Origin: Nostoc sp. PCC 7120 = FACHB-418
Lineage (GTDB): Bacteria > Cyanobacteriota > Cyanobacteriia > Cyanobacteriales > Nostocaceae
DNA length: 32,000 nt
Assembly: GCF_000009705.1 (NCBI RefSeq)
Contig: NC_003272.1
Coordinates: 5,100,001 to 5,132,000, forward strand
Direction of reading: 5' to 3'
Numbering within the stretch: the first letter of the stretch is position 1; the number at the start of each line of letters is the position of its first letter. This document shows, piece by piece, positions 23,399-31,863 of this stretch. The notes under the pieces were generated by a model that worked only from the letters and a program-made list of their open reading frames with translations, was not told where the DNA came from and did no database searches. The position numbers and the translations under genes were made by a program.

Positions 23399-26320
23399 GT
23401 GTGGGTAATTTGGGCATCTTATATATTACAAGTTATGTTGATCAAAAATCAGATGGGGCAGCCACATAAATCGATAGCCGCCGAACAACCAATTCTTGCT
23501 TTAGGACGTGTTCTACAAATCCTTAGGGAGGAAGATGATGTTGATGTTCTGATTGAAACTGCTATTAATTACATTCACAGTGAGTTCAACTACAAGCTGA
23601 TTTGGATTGCTAGTTACGATCGCCTGAAACACACTTTATTTGGTAGAGGGGGTATTGCTCCTGGTAACGACATTAATTTTTTACGCAAACGACTTGTTCT
23701 GCAACCAGGGGATTTATTAGAGCAGGTAGTAATTCAACAGTCACCGTTAGGGGTTGCAGATATCCGCAACGAAAAGCGGGCTGGAGAATGGCGAGAAGTT
23801 GGCACAAAATTTAACATCCAAGGGACAATCATGCTGCCCATGCGTCATAAAAACAGTTGCATGGGATTACTTTTACTCGGTTCAGAACGTTGGGGTTATT
23901 TGCTATCAGAAGATGCTAAAGCTCGTCTGATGATGGTTTTAGGTGAACTAGCAGCCAGTCTCTATCAACAGGAAATAAATTTGCAGCAGAAGCAAATCAA
24001 GCGTCCTGATGAGCCGTTATTACAACTACTAGAAAATATCCGTAATCTGAGTAATTTAGAGGAAAGGCTAAAGGCGGTAGTAGAAGCTACCCATAGCTTT
24101 GTTTCCCCTAGTCGTACTAATATTTACTGGTTTGAAAGGCAAGGACGCTATTTTTGGTGTCGGATGGGCGATCAATTAGTCAATATTGGTCGGGAAACTA
24201 ACCGTGAACAGTCAGCCGCAGGTATGACTGTGCAAGACTTAAGTGATTTATATTATGCTTTATCGGTTAATAAAATTATTTGGATTGGTGATGCTCGCAG
24301 TTCCTTAGAAGGCCAGTTTACCGCTAAATTGTTGCAACGTCTGCGGGTGCGATCGCTCTTAGCAGCCCCGATTATTTGGCAGAAAGACCTGTTGGGGTTT
24401 CTGGCGGTAGAAGGTTATGAACCACGCATTTGGACGGAAGCTGATAAAAATTTTGTTCAAGGCGCGGCGGGGTTCCTCTCCCTTGTAGCTCCCAATGACA
24501 AAATAGAAAATATTGTTAAACAAATTCAAGAAGATTCCCAGTTAAGTAGTGAAGTTTCTCAAAGTATCTACACTCACCAAGACTGGAAGGAAACTTTACG
24601 GGTTTGTGCTGCTAAAGTATTACATCGTTTCAATGCTACTCGCTTTTTACTTTTACATTACGACCCCGACCAGAATAATTATCAAGTTATTTATCAAACT
24701 CAGCCTCACCATCGCCGTCCTCTTAGCTGTAGCTTCGGTTTATTATCGCAGACTGACAGACAGATGTTGAAATCTGCAAATGCTACAGTAGCAGTGGAAA
24801 ATGTAGAAGCTGATTTACGGTTTTTTAACTGGCGGCCTCTCCTATTAGAACACGGTGTGCGATCGCTGTTAATTTGCAATTGCAATCAAGATCAGAAAGC
24901 GGAAGTATTATTAGTTGTCACCCACACCAGCCATCGCAGCTGGACAAACCTAGAAAGGGAACTGCTGTGGGTTGTAAGTCAACAAATAGGGGTAGTTGTC
25001 AGACAGTGGCGACTACAAAAGAATAACGAACAACAGCAACAAGTTCTTCAGAGTATCCAGGAATGTCTACGCATTGTAGATGGAAGCGAAAACAGCGAAA
25101 CTGAGAAAAATTATTTGGAATGTGCAGCACTGAGGCAAATTGCATCTGTGCTTAACTGCCCTTTGGCACTGTTATTGTCTTGGTCACACGGCGAGTCTAC
25201 AGCAGAAATTATCCCTGGGGTAATTCCCGATAATCAATTTGAAGTTGAAATATCAGCCAAACTTTCCATTCAACATGAAGCTGTAATTCAATGGGCGCTG
25301 GTTGAGAATAGTTACTTAAATGTCAGTATAAATCATTTACCTCCAGAAACACGCCAATGGTTACATGGTGAGGGGATCGGGCAAGTTTTATTAATGGCTT
25401 TACGAACTGGATCTGATCATCAACCTACGGGAGTCGTATTGTTAGCAGACCATCGAGAACGTCACTGGCCACAGCATCGTCTTGATGCTGGCAAAATTTT
25501 AATTGATCAGCTTGCTTGGTTGCGTCGTCAACAACAAATTAGTCAACGTCTAGAGTCTACAACCCAGGATTTACGCCAACTCAATTGGTACAAACATCGA
25601 CGCTTGGAAAGCATCCAACGCACGACTACCAACTTACTGAAACAAATGTATGATTTGGGCGTTCCTACGAATGATATGGCGCAAACACGGTATCAAGTGT
25701 TGCTTAAACAGTTAGACCATACAGTTACTTCCATTACCGGAATGGTAAAACTGGAACAATGGCAGTTACATATAAACTGGGAAACTATGCCCATAGCCAG
25801 TTTACTCAAGCGATCGCTCGAACGCATAGATAAATTAGTTCAAGAACAAAAGCTGTGGATTGGTGTCCACGGTTTAGCACAAGCCCACACAGAAAAGGAA
25901 GTAACCAACAGTGGTGCATTACTCAAAGGCGTTTCCACCCCAGCTAACCTATCAACAATGGCGATCGCTGGCGATATTGTAAAATTTGAACTAGTCCTTT
26001 ACGAATTATTACTCGCCGCCTGTCATCGTTCTCCTAACAGCAGCAGAATAGATATCTGGTGTCGTCATATAGATAAGCAATTTTTAGAAGTATCAATTAC
26101 AGATAACGGCACAATTCCCACAGAATTACTCACAGAAATACAACAGAAAACTCACAACGATATTCTTGCTTTCTGTAATTTTGATCAATCGCCCAACTTA
26201 AATTTGTTGATTTGCCAACAACTTATACAACAACTAGGTGGGGAATTAGATATCTATCAATCACCCGATAATCGAGTCGTTAGCCGCTTAGTGCTGCCAT
26301 TGGCTGAGATTAGTTCTTAA
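23399..26320 (+). CDS. Large GAF-domain protein with a degenerate histidine-kinase-like C-terminus
   Basis: Several GAF-like modules are present (for example GTIMLPMRHKNSCMGLLLLGSE and LLAAPIIWQKDLLGFLAVEG). The C-terminal segment aligns in layout to HATPase_c (ITDNGTIP...LGGELDIYQSPDNRVVSRLVLPL). It lacks the N-box Asn and the G2 GxGLGL motif, and it has no HExxxP H-box. The start is uncertain between GTG at 23399 and ATGs at 23435 and 23453. Confidence 0.8.
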   Translation: MWVIWASYILQVMLIKNQMGQPHKSIAAEQPILALGRVLQILREEDDVDVLIETAINYIHSEFNYKLIWIASYDRLKHTLFGRGGIAPGNDINFLRKRLVLQPGDLLEQVVIQQSPLGVADIRNEKRAGEWREVGTKFNIQGTIMLPMRHKNSCMGLLLLGSERWGYLLSEDAKARLMMVLGELAASLYQQEINLQQKQIKRPDEPLLQLLENIRNLSNLEERLKAVVEATHSFVSPSRTNIYWFERQGRYFWCRMGDQLVNIGRETNREQSAAGMTVQDLSDLYYALSVNKIIWIGDARSSLEGQFTAKLLQRLRVRSLLAAPIIWQKDLLGFLAVEGYEPRIWTEADKNFVQGAAGFLSLVAPNDKIENIVKQIQEDSQLSSEVSQSIYTHQDWKETLRVCAAKVLHRFNATRFLLLHYDPDQNNYQVIYQTQPHHRRPLSCSFGLLSQTDRQMLKSANATVAVENVEADLRFFNWRPLLLEHGVRSLLICNCNQDQKAEVLLVVTHTSHRSWTNLERELLWVVSQQIGVVVRQWRLQKNNEQQQQVLQSIQECLRIVDGSENSETEKNYLECAALRQIASVLNCPLALLLSWSHGESTAEIIPGVIPDNQFEVEISAKLSIQHEAVIQWALVENSYLNVSINHLPPETRQWLHGEGIGQVLLMALRTGSDHQPTGVVLLADHRERHWPQHRLDAGKILIDQLAWLRRQQQISQRLESTTQDLRQLNWYKHRRLESIQRTTTNLLKQMYDLGVPTNDMAQTRYQVLLKQLDHTVTSITGMVKLEQWQLHINWETMPIASLLKRSLERIDKLVQEQKLWIGVHGLAQAHTEKEVTNSGALLKGVSTPANLSTMAIAGDIVKFELVLYELLLAACHRSPNSSRIDIWCRHIDKQFLEVSITDNGTIPTELLTEIQQKTHNDILAFCNFDQSPNLNLLICQQLIQQLGGELDIYQSPDNRVVSRLVLPLAEISS

Positions 26321-26591
26321 TTTTTCATCTCTGCGATAAGTAGAACGGCGTAAATATTTGTAGTTGGGATAAGTCAGTCCCGATGAAACAGATTTCACCG
26401 CCAAACAGGAAAGATGTCTTTTTCCTACACCCTTATACCCCTTTCAAGTCAGGAGGCAGGATTGAAAAGGGCTTTAACCTGGTTTACTCTAGAGAATGCC
26501 AAGAAAAGGTAAGGGAATTGTTTGAGGAGTAGAATCATCCTGAGTTGCCATCACTGACGTTTAAACACAGCATACTACTCCCACAAAACTT

Positions 26592-27851
26592 TCAACGTTT
26601 AGCCAATTCTGGAGTTTTTCCCTTCAACCCAATCATCAACTTGAGCATAAATGTTTTCAGCACAGGGACACTGCGTAAAAACCATAAACCCAAGCGACGA
26701 AGAAACACCAACGGAGGGAATTGGTTAGAGAACATCCGGTCTAACATATCAGTGAACCCTAAAATGGCTAGGTTCTCTTTTTGTCGCCAGCTTTCGTAAC
26801 GTTTCAAGACCCGAATATTACCAATATCTTCACCAGCTTGATGTGCTTTTTGAATGACTTGGGCTAAAGCGGCGACATCTCGAATACCCAAGTTTAATCC
26901 TTGTCCACCCACAGGATGACAATTATGTGCCGCATCGCCAACTAAAGCTAAACGGGGAAGGACATAACGATCGCTTTGCATTAGTTGTACTTGAAAAACG
27001 AAGCGATCGCCTAATAATTCCAACTTACCCATTTGCTGCCCAAAGCGTTGGCTAAGTTCTCGTAAAAATTCTTCGTCATTTAAGGCACAAAGGGCTTTTG
27101 CTTCATCGTGGGGAGCCGTCCAAACGATGCGGCAACGGTTCTCAGGTAGAGGTAAAATCGCAAAGGGGCCACTAGGCCAAAATCTTTCGTAAGCTGTATC
27201 GTTATGGGGTTTCTCTGGCTTAACGAAAGCCACAATGCAAGATTGCCAATACTTCCAGCCATGAGTTTTAATCCCCGCCGCCTGACGAATAGGCGATCGC
27301 GATCCATCTGCGGCTACCAGTAATTTGCTACGAATTGTGTTTAATTGATCGGCAATTTTAACAGCGATGACTACTTCATTTGGCTGGTAATTGGTACTCA
27401 CCACCTCAGCCGGACAAAGATAAGTCACATTTGGGCAATTCTGCACAAACTCCTGTAGAGGTTCCAGTAACGCTTGATGTTCCGCTACATAACCTAATTC
27501 TGGTGTCCCTAAATCTGTGCTTTCAAACTCCACCACACCAGGATAATCAGCATCAGAAAGACGGACTTGGCGGTACTTGGCAATCTGAGGCAGAATTTTA
27601 TCCCAAATACCAATTCCTTGGTAAATTAGGGCTGATAGTAGATGAACTGCGTAGGCTTGACCTTTAGCTACTGCTGCTGATGCAACTTTGGCTTCAATTA
27701 GCAGTATATTCAAGCCAGAATCTTTTAATGCTGAAGCTAGAGTTAACCCAACAATTCCACCGCCGACGATGACTAAATCATAGTCGTATTTTCGCAGTTC
27801 TGGCGGTGTCGGTTGAGGAGAAATAGTTTGAGTAAGCTGCGTTAGCGCCAT
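26592..27851 (-). CDS. UbiH/UbiF/VisC/COQ6-family FAD-dependent monooxygenase
   Basis: The N-terminal FAD motif is YDLVIVGGGIVGLTLA. The DG motif is LLVAADGSRSPIR and the C-terminal GD motif is LALVGDAAHNCHPVGGQGLNLG. Confidence 0.88.
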   Translation of the reverse strand: MALTQLTQTISPQPTPPELRKYDYDLVIVGGGIVGLTLASALKDSGLNILLIEAKVASAAVAKGQAYAVHLLSALIYQGIGIWDKILPQIAKYRQVRLSDADYPGVVEFESTDLGTPELGYVAEHQALLEPLQEFVQNCPNVTYLCPAEVVSTNYQPNEVVIAVKIADQLNTIRSKLLVAADGSRSPIRQAAGIKTHGWKYWQSCIVAFVKPEKPHNDTAYERFWPSGPFAILPLPENRCRIVWTAPHDEAKALCALNDEEFLRELSQRFGQQMGKLELLGDRFVFQVQLMQSDRYVLPRLALVGDAAHNCHPVGGQGLNLGIRDVAALAQVIQKAHQAGEDIGNIRVLKRYESWRQKENLAILGFTDMLDRMFSNQFPPLVFLRRLGLWFLRSVPVLKTFMLKLMIGLKGKTPELAKR

Positions 27852-27982
27852 TGTTAAGAGAGATTAAGCGATCTTAACTATTATTGTTACGCGATCGCCC
27901 CTATTTGAGCAAGTTATACCAATTTGAAAAAAGAATGCGACAGATATATAGCCCTCAATGCTTGTCTTGTCTTGATTCTTAA

Positions 27983-28005
27983 CTTTGAATTTTGAATTTT
28001 GAATT
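27983..28005. repeat. STRR heptamer tract of three (C/T)TTTGAA units, complementary to the family at 15321-15348
   Basis: ctttgaa, ttttgaa and ttttgaa are read directly. Confidence 0.8.
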
Positions 28006-28116
28006 CCGCTTTGCGGTACTAGACCTTATCGCTTTTTACTCAACAGTTCCTTAATACAACGAGTTTATTTAAATGAACTGGGGAAAACAGCAAATACCTC
28101 AATCGGCGTTGGTATT

Positions 28117-28479
28117 GTGCAGCTAATTGTGGAAAGCGAAAGTAAAACAGCAGGAAAAGCTAAACAGCAGTTAACGGATGCGCTTACCCAGCAAGAAATT
28201 ATAGAATTTATTGAGACAGTAGTAATTTATAAGTTTCCCAGACTTAGCCGGGAAGAGGTAGAAACTATGTTGGGTTTGGATGCTATTAGGAATACAAAAG
28301 TTTATCAAGAGGCAAAAGAGGAAGGTAAGGTCAAAGGTAAACTCGAAGGTAAACTGGAGAGGAAGCTTGAAGCAGTGTCTAAGTTTTTGAAATTGGGATT
28401 GAGTGTGGAACCAATCGCTGAGGCTTTGGAATTAGAAGTTGATTTGGTCAAACAAGCCGCAGCAAAATCATCTTCTTAA
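28117..28479 (+). pseudogene. C-terminal remnant (DUF4351-like) of an Rpn-family recombination-promoting nuclease / putative transposase
   Basis: LIVESE...IEFIETVVIYKFPRLSREEVETMLGL..IRNTKVYQEAKEEGK.KGKLEGK...LGLSVEPIAEAL.L is the typical tail of these cyanobacterial proteins. No PD-(D/E)xK nuclease domain is encoded upstream, where only an STRR tract and non-coding DNA are found. Confidence 0.6.
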
Positions 28480-28543
28480 GGAGTGAGGTATCAAATTTTT
28501 CTTACCTAACTTCCCCAGCGATGAGATATTTTGAGATATTTAT

Positions 28544-29302
28544 CTAGGCGAAACTCACCGCCATGAGATTTTCGGACATTTCAAAATTGGATGTCACATT
28601 CTGGACATCATCTAACCCCTCTAGAGTATCAATTAATTTGAGCAGCGATCGCGCCTGGTCTGGTTCAGTAACTTCTAAATGATTACTGGGAATCCAGCGC
28701 AACTCGGCATCTGTCACCTTAAAGCCTTGGTCTTTGAGTGTCTGGTTGAGAATTTCTAAATTTGCTACTTCTGTAAACACCTCGGCTGTCTCATCTTCTG
28801 TCATTTCATAAGATTCAGCACCACCCTCTAAGGATGCTTCTAAAAGCTGGTCTTCATCCACTACACCAGAGACAACACAGACACCTTTTTGATCAAACAT
28901 CCAGCTAACACAGCCAGTTTCACCCAAATTACCACCATTTTTACTAAAAGCTACTCGCAAGTCAGCAGCCGTGCGATTGCGGTTATCGGTCAAAGCTTCA
29001 ATTAAGATAGCTACACCCCCAGGCCCATAACCTTCGTAACGAATTTCTTCTAAACTAGCGTTATCGCCACCAAAAGTACCTGCACCTTTAGCGATCGCCC
29101 GTTCTATATTATCGTTAGGAATACCAGCCGCTTTTGCTTTATCGATGGCGGTACGGAGTTGAAAATTTCCGGATGGGTCTGGAACCCCGCTTCTAGCCGC
29201 CAGAATAATTGCCCTAGATAGCTGAGTAAAGGTCTTTCCCTTCTTGGCATCTACTACCGCTTTTTGGCGCTTAATATTTGCCCATTTACTATGTCCTGCC
29301 AT
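28544..29302 (-). CDS. YebC/PmpR family DNA-binding transcriptional regulator
   Basis: MAGHSKWANIKRQKAVVDAKKGK.F is the signature N-terminus, and the 252-aa length is typical. Confidence 0.93.
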   Translation of the reverse strand: MAGHSKWANIKRQKAVVDAKKGKTFTQLSRAIILAARSGVPDPSGNFQLRTAIDKAKAAGIPNDNIERAIAKGAGTFGGDNASLEEIRYEGYGPGGVAILIEALTDNRNRTAADLRVAFSKNGGNLGETGCVSWMFDQKGVCVVSGVVDEDQLLEASLEGGAESYEMTEDETAEVFTEVANLEILNQTLKDQGFKVTDAELRWIPSNHLEVTEPDQARSLLKLIDTLEGLDDVQNVTSNFEMSENLMAVSFA

Positions 29303-29333
29303 AATCTAAAGCTGATAAATCTCTTTTCCAAAG

Positions 29334-29368
29334 TTAATGGTTAATGGTCAATAGTCATTAGTCAATAG
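29334..29368. repeat. STRR heptamer tract of five TTAATGG/TCAATAG/TCATTAG units
   Basis: Five consecutive 7-nt units lie in the divergent spacer between yebC and the SBP gene. Confidence 0.8.
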
Positions 29369-29383
29369 TCCCTCACTCTGTCC

Positions 29384-30769
29384 ATGAAAGTTAAAAAATT
29401 GATTAATCTGTTTTATCAACACTGTGGGCGGTTTTTTTTCGCCTCTGATGATTCTAGGGTAAAAAGAAAAAATTGGCGATTTTACCGATATCGTTGGCTA
29501 TCGCTGTTTCTAGTAGGAATATTGGTTACAAGCGGATGTCAGGTAATTCAAAATGGCATGAAGGCAGATAAAGTCATTCATTTAACTTTATGGCATGGGG
29601 TGAATCCGCCGCCTAATCGGGATGTCTTTCAAAAGCTGGTAGATAAGTTTAACCAAAGCCATAAAGATATTCAGGTAGATGCGATTTACGCTGGGCAACA
29701 AGACCAACAAATGCCGAAAATTTTGGCAGCTGTCGTAGGTAATGCCTCCCCGGATATTTTATGGTACAACCCAGCAACTACAGGACAACTAGTAGAACTA
29801 AATGCCTTGGTTCCTTTGGACGAAATGTTGGCAAGTTCACAAATTAAGGACGAAATTGACCCCAGCTTATACCCAGCTGTGGCATACCAAGGGAAAACTT
29901 GGGCAGTACCTTTTGCTACAAATAATGTTGGCGTTTTTTATCGTCCCAGTTTGTTTAAAGCGGCCGGAATTACAAAATTACCCAAGACTTGGGCAGAGTT
30001 TCGGGAAGTTGCCAAAAAATTAACTCGTGATACCGACGGTGATGGAAGAATTGATCAACATGGGATGGTACTACCTTTAGGCAAAGGTGAGTTTACCGTT
30101 TTTACTTGGCTACCATTTATGTGGAGTGGCGGCGGCGAGTTGGTAAGTAAAGATTCACAGAATGCGGCTGGTGTCACTTTAGAAAATAATGCTGGGGCGA
30201 TCGCTGCTTTGCAATTGTGGCGTGATTTAATTACAGATGGTTCGGCTGTGTTATCAGGCCCAGAAAGAGGTTATGAAACCAATGATTTGCTAGCTGGGAA
30301 AGTGGCGATGCAATTAACTGGGCCTTGGACTTTAGGGGAGTTTCAAGCCAGTGGGATTGATTTTGATGTATTCCCTATTCCGGTGGGGCAAAGACCTGCT
30401 ACTGTAATTGGCGGCGAAAATTTGTATATTTTTAAATCAAGACCAGAAAGAGAAAAAGCGGCTTTTAAATTTCTTGAATATGCGGCTAGTGAAGAATTTC
30501 AAACAGAGTTAGCACTGGGAACTGGTTATTTACCGATTAATTTAAAATCCCGCGAAAGTTCAAAATACCAGGAATTTGTCAGGAAAGTACCCCAAGCAAA
30601 AGTCTTTTTAGAACAGGCTAAGTATGCGCGATCGCGTCCTACTTTCCCCGGTTATAATCGAATTTCTGATAGTGTAGGCCGGGCAGTGGAAACTGTATTG
30701 ATGGGTAAAAGTTCCCCAGCAGATGCCCTAAAAGCTAGTCAGCAGAGATTAGATTTGATTTTCAAATAA
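29384..30769 (+). CDS. ABC transporter extracellular solute-binding protein (family 1, sugar type), probable lipoprotein
   Basis: The signal/lipobox-like region is LFLVGILVTSGC. The body resembles the sugar-binding SBP fold (WHG..P......F..LV.KFN, GK.WAVPF..N..V.FYR, TWAEF...AKKLT). No permease or ATPase gene is adjacent. Confidence 0.85.
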   Translation: MKVKKLINLFYQHCGRFFFASDDSRVKRKNWRFYRYRWLSLFLVGILVTSGCQVIQNGMKADKVIHLTLWHGVNPPPNRDVFQKLVDKFNQSHKDIQVDAIYAGQQDQQMPKILAAVVGNASPDILWYNPATTGQLVELNALVPLDEMLASSQIKDEIDPSLYPAVAYQGKTWAVPFATNNVGVFYRPSLFKAAGITKLPKTWAEFREVAKKLTRDTDGDGRIDQHGMVLPLGKGEFTVFTWLPFMWSGGGELVSKDSQNAAGVTLENNAGAIAALQLWRDLITDGSAVLSGPERGYETNDLLAGKVAMQLTGPWTLGEFQASGIDFDVFPIPVGQRPATVIGGENLYIFKSRPEREKAAFKFLEYAASEEFQTELALGTGYLPINLKSRESSKYQEFVRKVPQAKVFLEQAKYARSRPTFPGYNRISDSVGRAVETVLMGKSSPADALKASQQRLDLIFK

Positions 30770-30840
30770 TTAATATCAATTGATTTCCAAGTCATTGTGG
30801 TATAAAAAGTAATTGCTATCTTGGCTCTAGGTTAACAAAA

Positions 30841-30866
30841 CTTGAGTAAAAAAACTCAGGCTTTTT
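30841..30866 (+). terminator. Intrinsic terminator after the SBP gene
   Basis: cttgagt (30841-47) pairs with actcagg (30854-60) as 7 bp including one G-U pair. The loop is A6 and CTTTTT follows. Confidence 0.5.
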
Positions 30867-30872
30867 ACCTGA

Positions 30873-31772
30873 ATGCTGACATACCAGGGCAATACTACTA
30901 CTGCAATGACTACTCAAAATTTTCCCTTTAGTTTAGCCTTAGTTTCTATAATTTCTCTAGCTGTCCTCAATTTTGGGTATACTGAGCCTACCGTGCCTAT
31001 TTTGGGATTTCACGGAATTCTAGATACGAAAAATAATAAGACTTTATCAGCTTTAGCTCCAGAAGAAATGCACTACTCAAAACAGGAGTTAGAAAAACTC
31101 TTAGAGTCTTTAATTATTAATAATTATTGGTTTTTAAGTACCCAGGACTTATATAATTTTTACTTAACGAAATCTCAAGAAATTCCAGCAGAGTATCGTC
31201 GAAAAAAGCCGATAATGTTGACATTTGATGATGGCTATAAATCAGTACACACAAAGCTAATGCCTATTTTATCTAAGCTAGAAAAGCAATATGGGAGGAA
31301 GGTAAAAATAGTTTTATTTATTAATCCCAGTCGTTTAGCTCAAAAGGCAAATAGTAGTAAAACTCACCTGAGTTGCCAAGAAATCAGGGCAGGGTTACAA
31401 AAAGGATTTTATGATATTCAGTCTCACGGATTAAATCACAAGGATTTAACGAAATTATCCCGGCGAGAACTTGTGCATGAACTTCTAAAATCTAGGAGTA
31501 TTTTGAGAAAATGTACACAAGATTTAGATCCAGAACAAACCGTAGCATCTCATTTTGCTTATCCTTATGGAGCTTATAATAAACAGGTAGAGTTATATGT
31601 TGCTAGATATTATTTATCTGGATATTTATATAATGATGAAACTTTCAATTACACTTGTAAACATAATTCGTATGAAATTCCTCGATTAATCGTTAATTAC
31701 ACGAAATCACCTAAACAAATTATCAAGATGGTTGAGGAATTGGCCCCAACTAGTAATCAGGCGTGTCAGTAA
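30873..31772 (+). CDS. Polysaccharide deacetylase (NodB homology domain) family protein
   Basis: LTFDDGYKS is NodB motif 1, the metal-binding DD. QSHGLNH is the His-containing motif 2, and FAYPYG is motif 3. An N-terminal TM or signal segment (FSLALVSIISLAVL) is present. ATG at 30906 is an alternative start. Confidence 0.8.
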   Translation: MLTYQGNTTTAMTTQNFPFSLALVSIISLAVLNFGYTEPTVPILGFHGILDTKNNKTLSALAPEEMHYSKQELEKLLESLIINNYWFLSTQDLYNFYLTKSQEIPAEYRRKKPIMLTFDDGYKSVHTKLMPILSKLEKQYGRKVKIVLFINPSRLAQKANSSKTHLSCQEIRAGLQKGFYDIQSHGLNHKDLTKLSRRELVHELLKSRSILRKCTQDLDPEQTVASHFAYPYGAYNKQVELYVARYYLSGYLYNDETFNYTCKHNSYEIPRLIVNYTKSPKQIIKMVEELAPTSNQACQ

Positions 31773-31791
31773 GGGATTAGGAAGCGATTTT

Positions 31792-31846
31792 ATCCATGTA
31801 TATACATTAATCCTCACTAGTTCTTGTATCCTTCCATGTATATACA
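31792..31846. repeat. Two copies of the 15-nt direct repeat TCCATGTATATACAT, each containing the perfect 12-nt palindrome ATGTATATACAT, spaced 40 bp apart
   Basis: Copy 1 is at 31792-31806 and copy 2 at 31832-31846. They lie in the 91-bp spacer between the convergent deacetylase and RHH genes. Confidence 0.85.
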
Positions 31847-31863
31847 TAATTCAAGGCTCAAGA

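Noticed and set aside
26383-26532. An unlisted 49-aa plus-strand ORF (MKQISPPNRKDVFFLHPYTPFKSGGRIEKGFNLVYSRECQEKVRELFEE) between the GAF protein and the ubiH-like gene
   Set aside because: It has no recognisable family, no SD-like sequence and no supporting context. It could be a gene fragment or chance. It is recorded only so that it can be checked for conservation.
26545-26799. An 84-aa plus-strand ORF
   Set aside because: It is mostly antisense to the C-terminus of the UbiH-family monooxygenase.
35-29368. Whether any of the tandem repeat tracts could be a CRISPR array
   Set aside because: The units are 7 nt long and contiguous, with no spacers. They are classic STRR heptamers and not 25-40-nt repeats separated by unique spacers. 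No cas genes are present.
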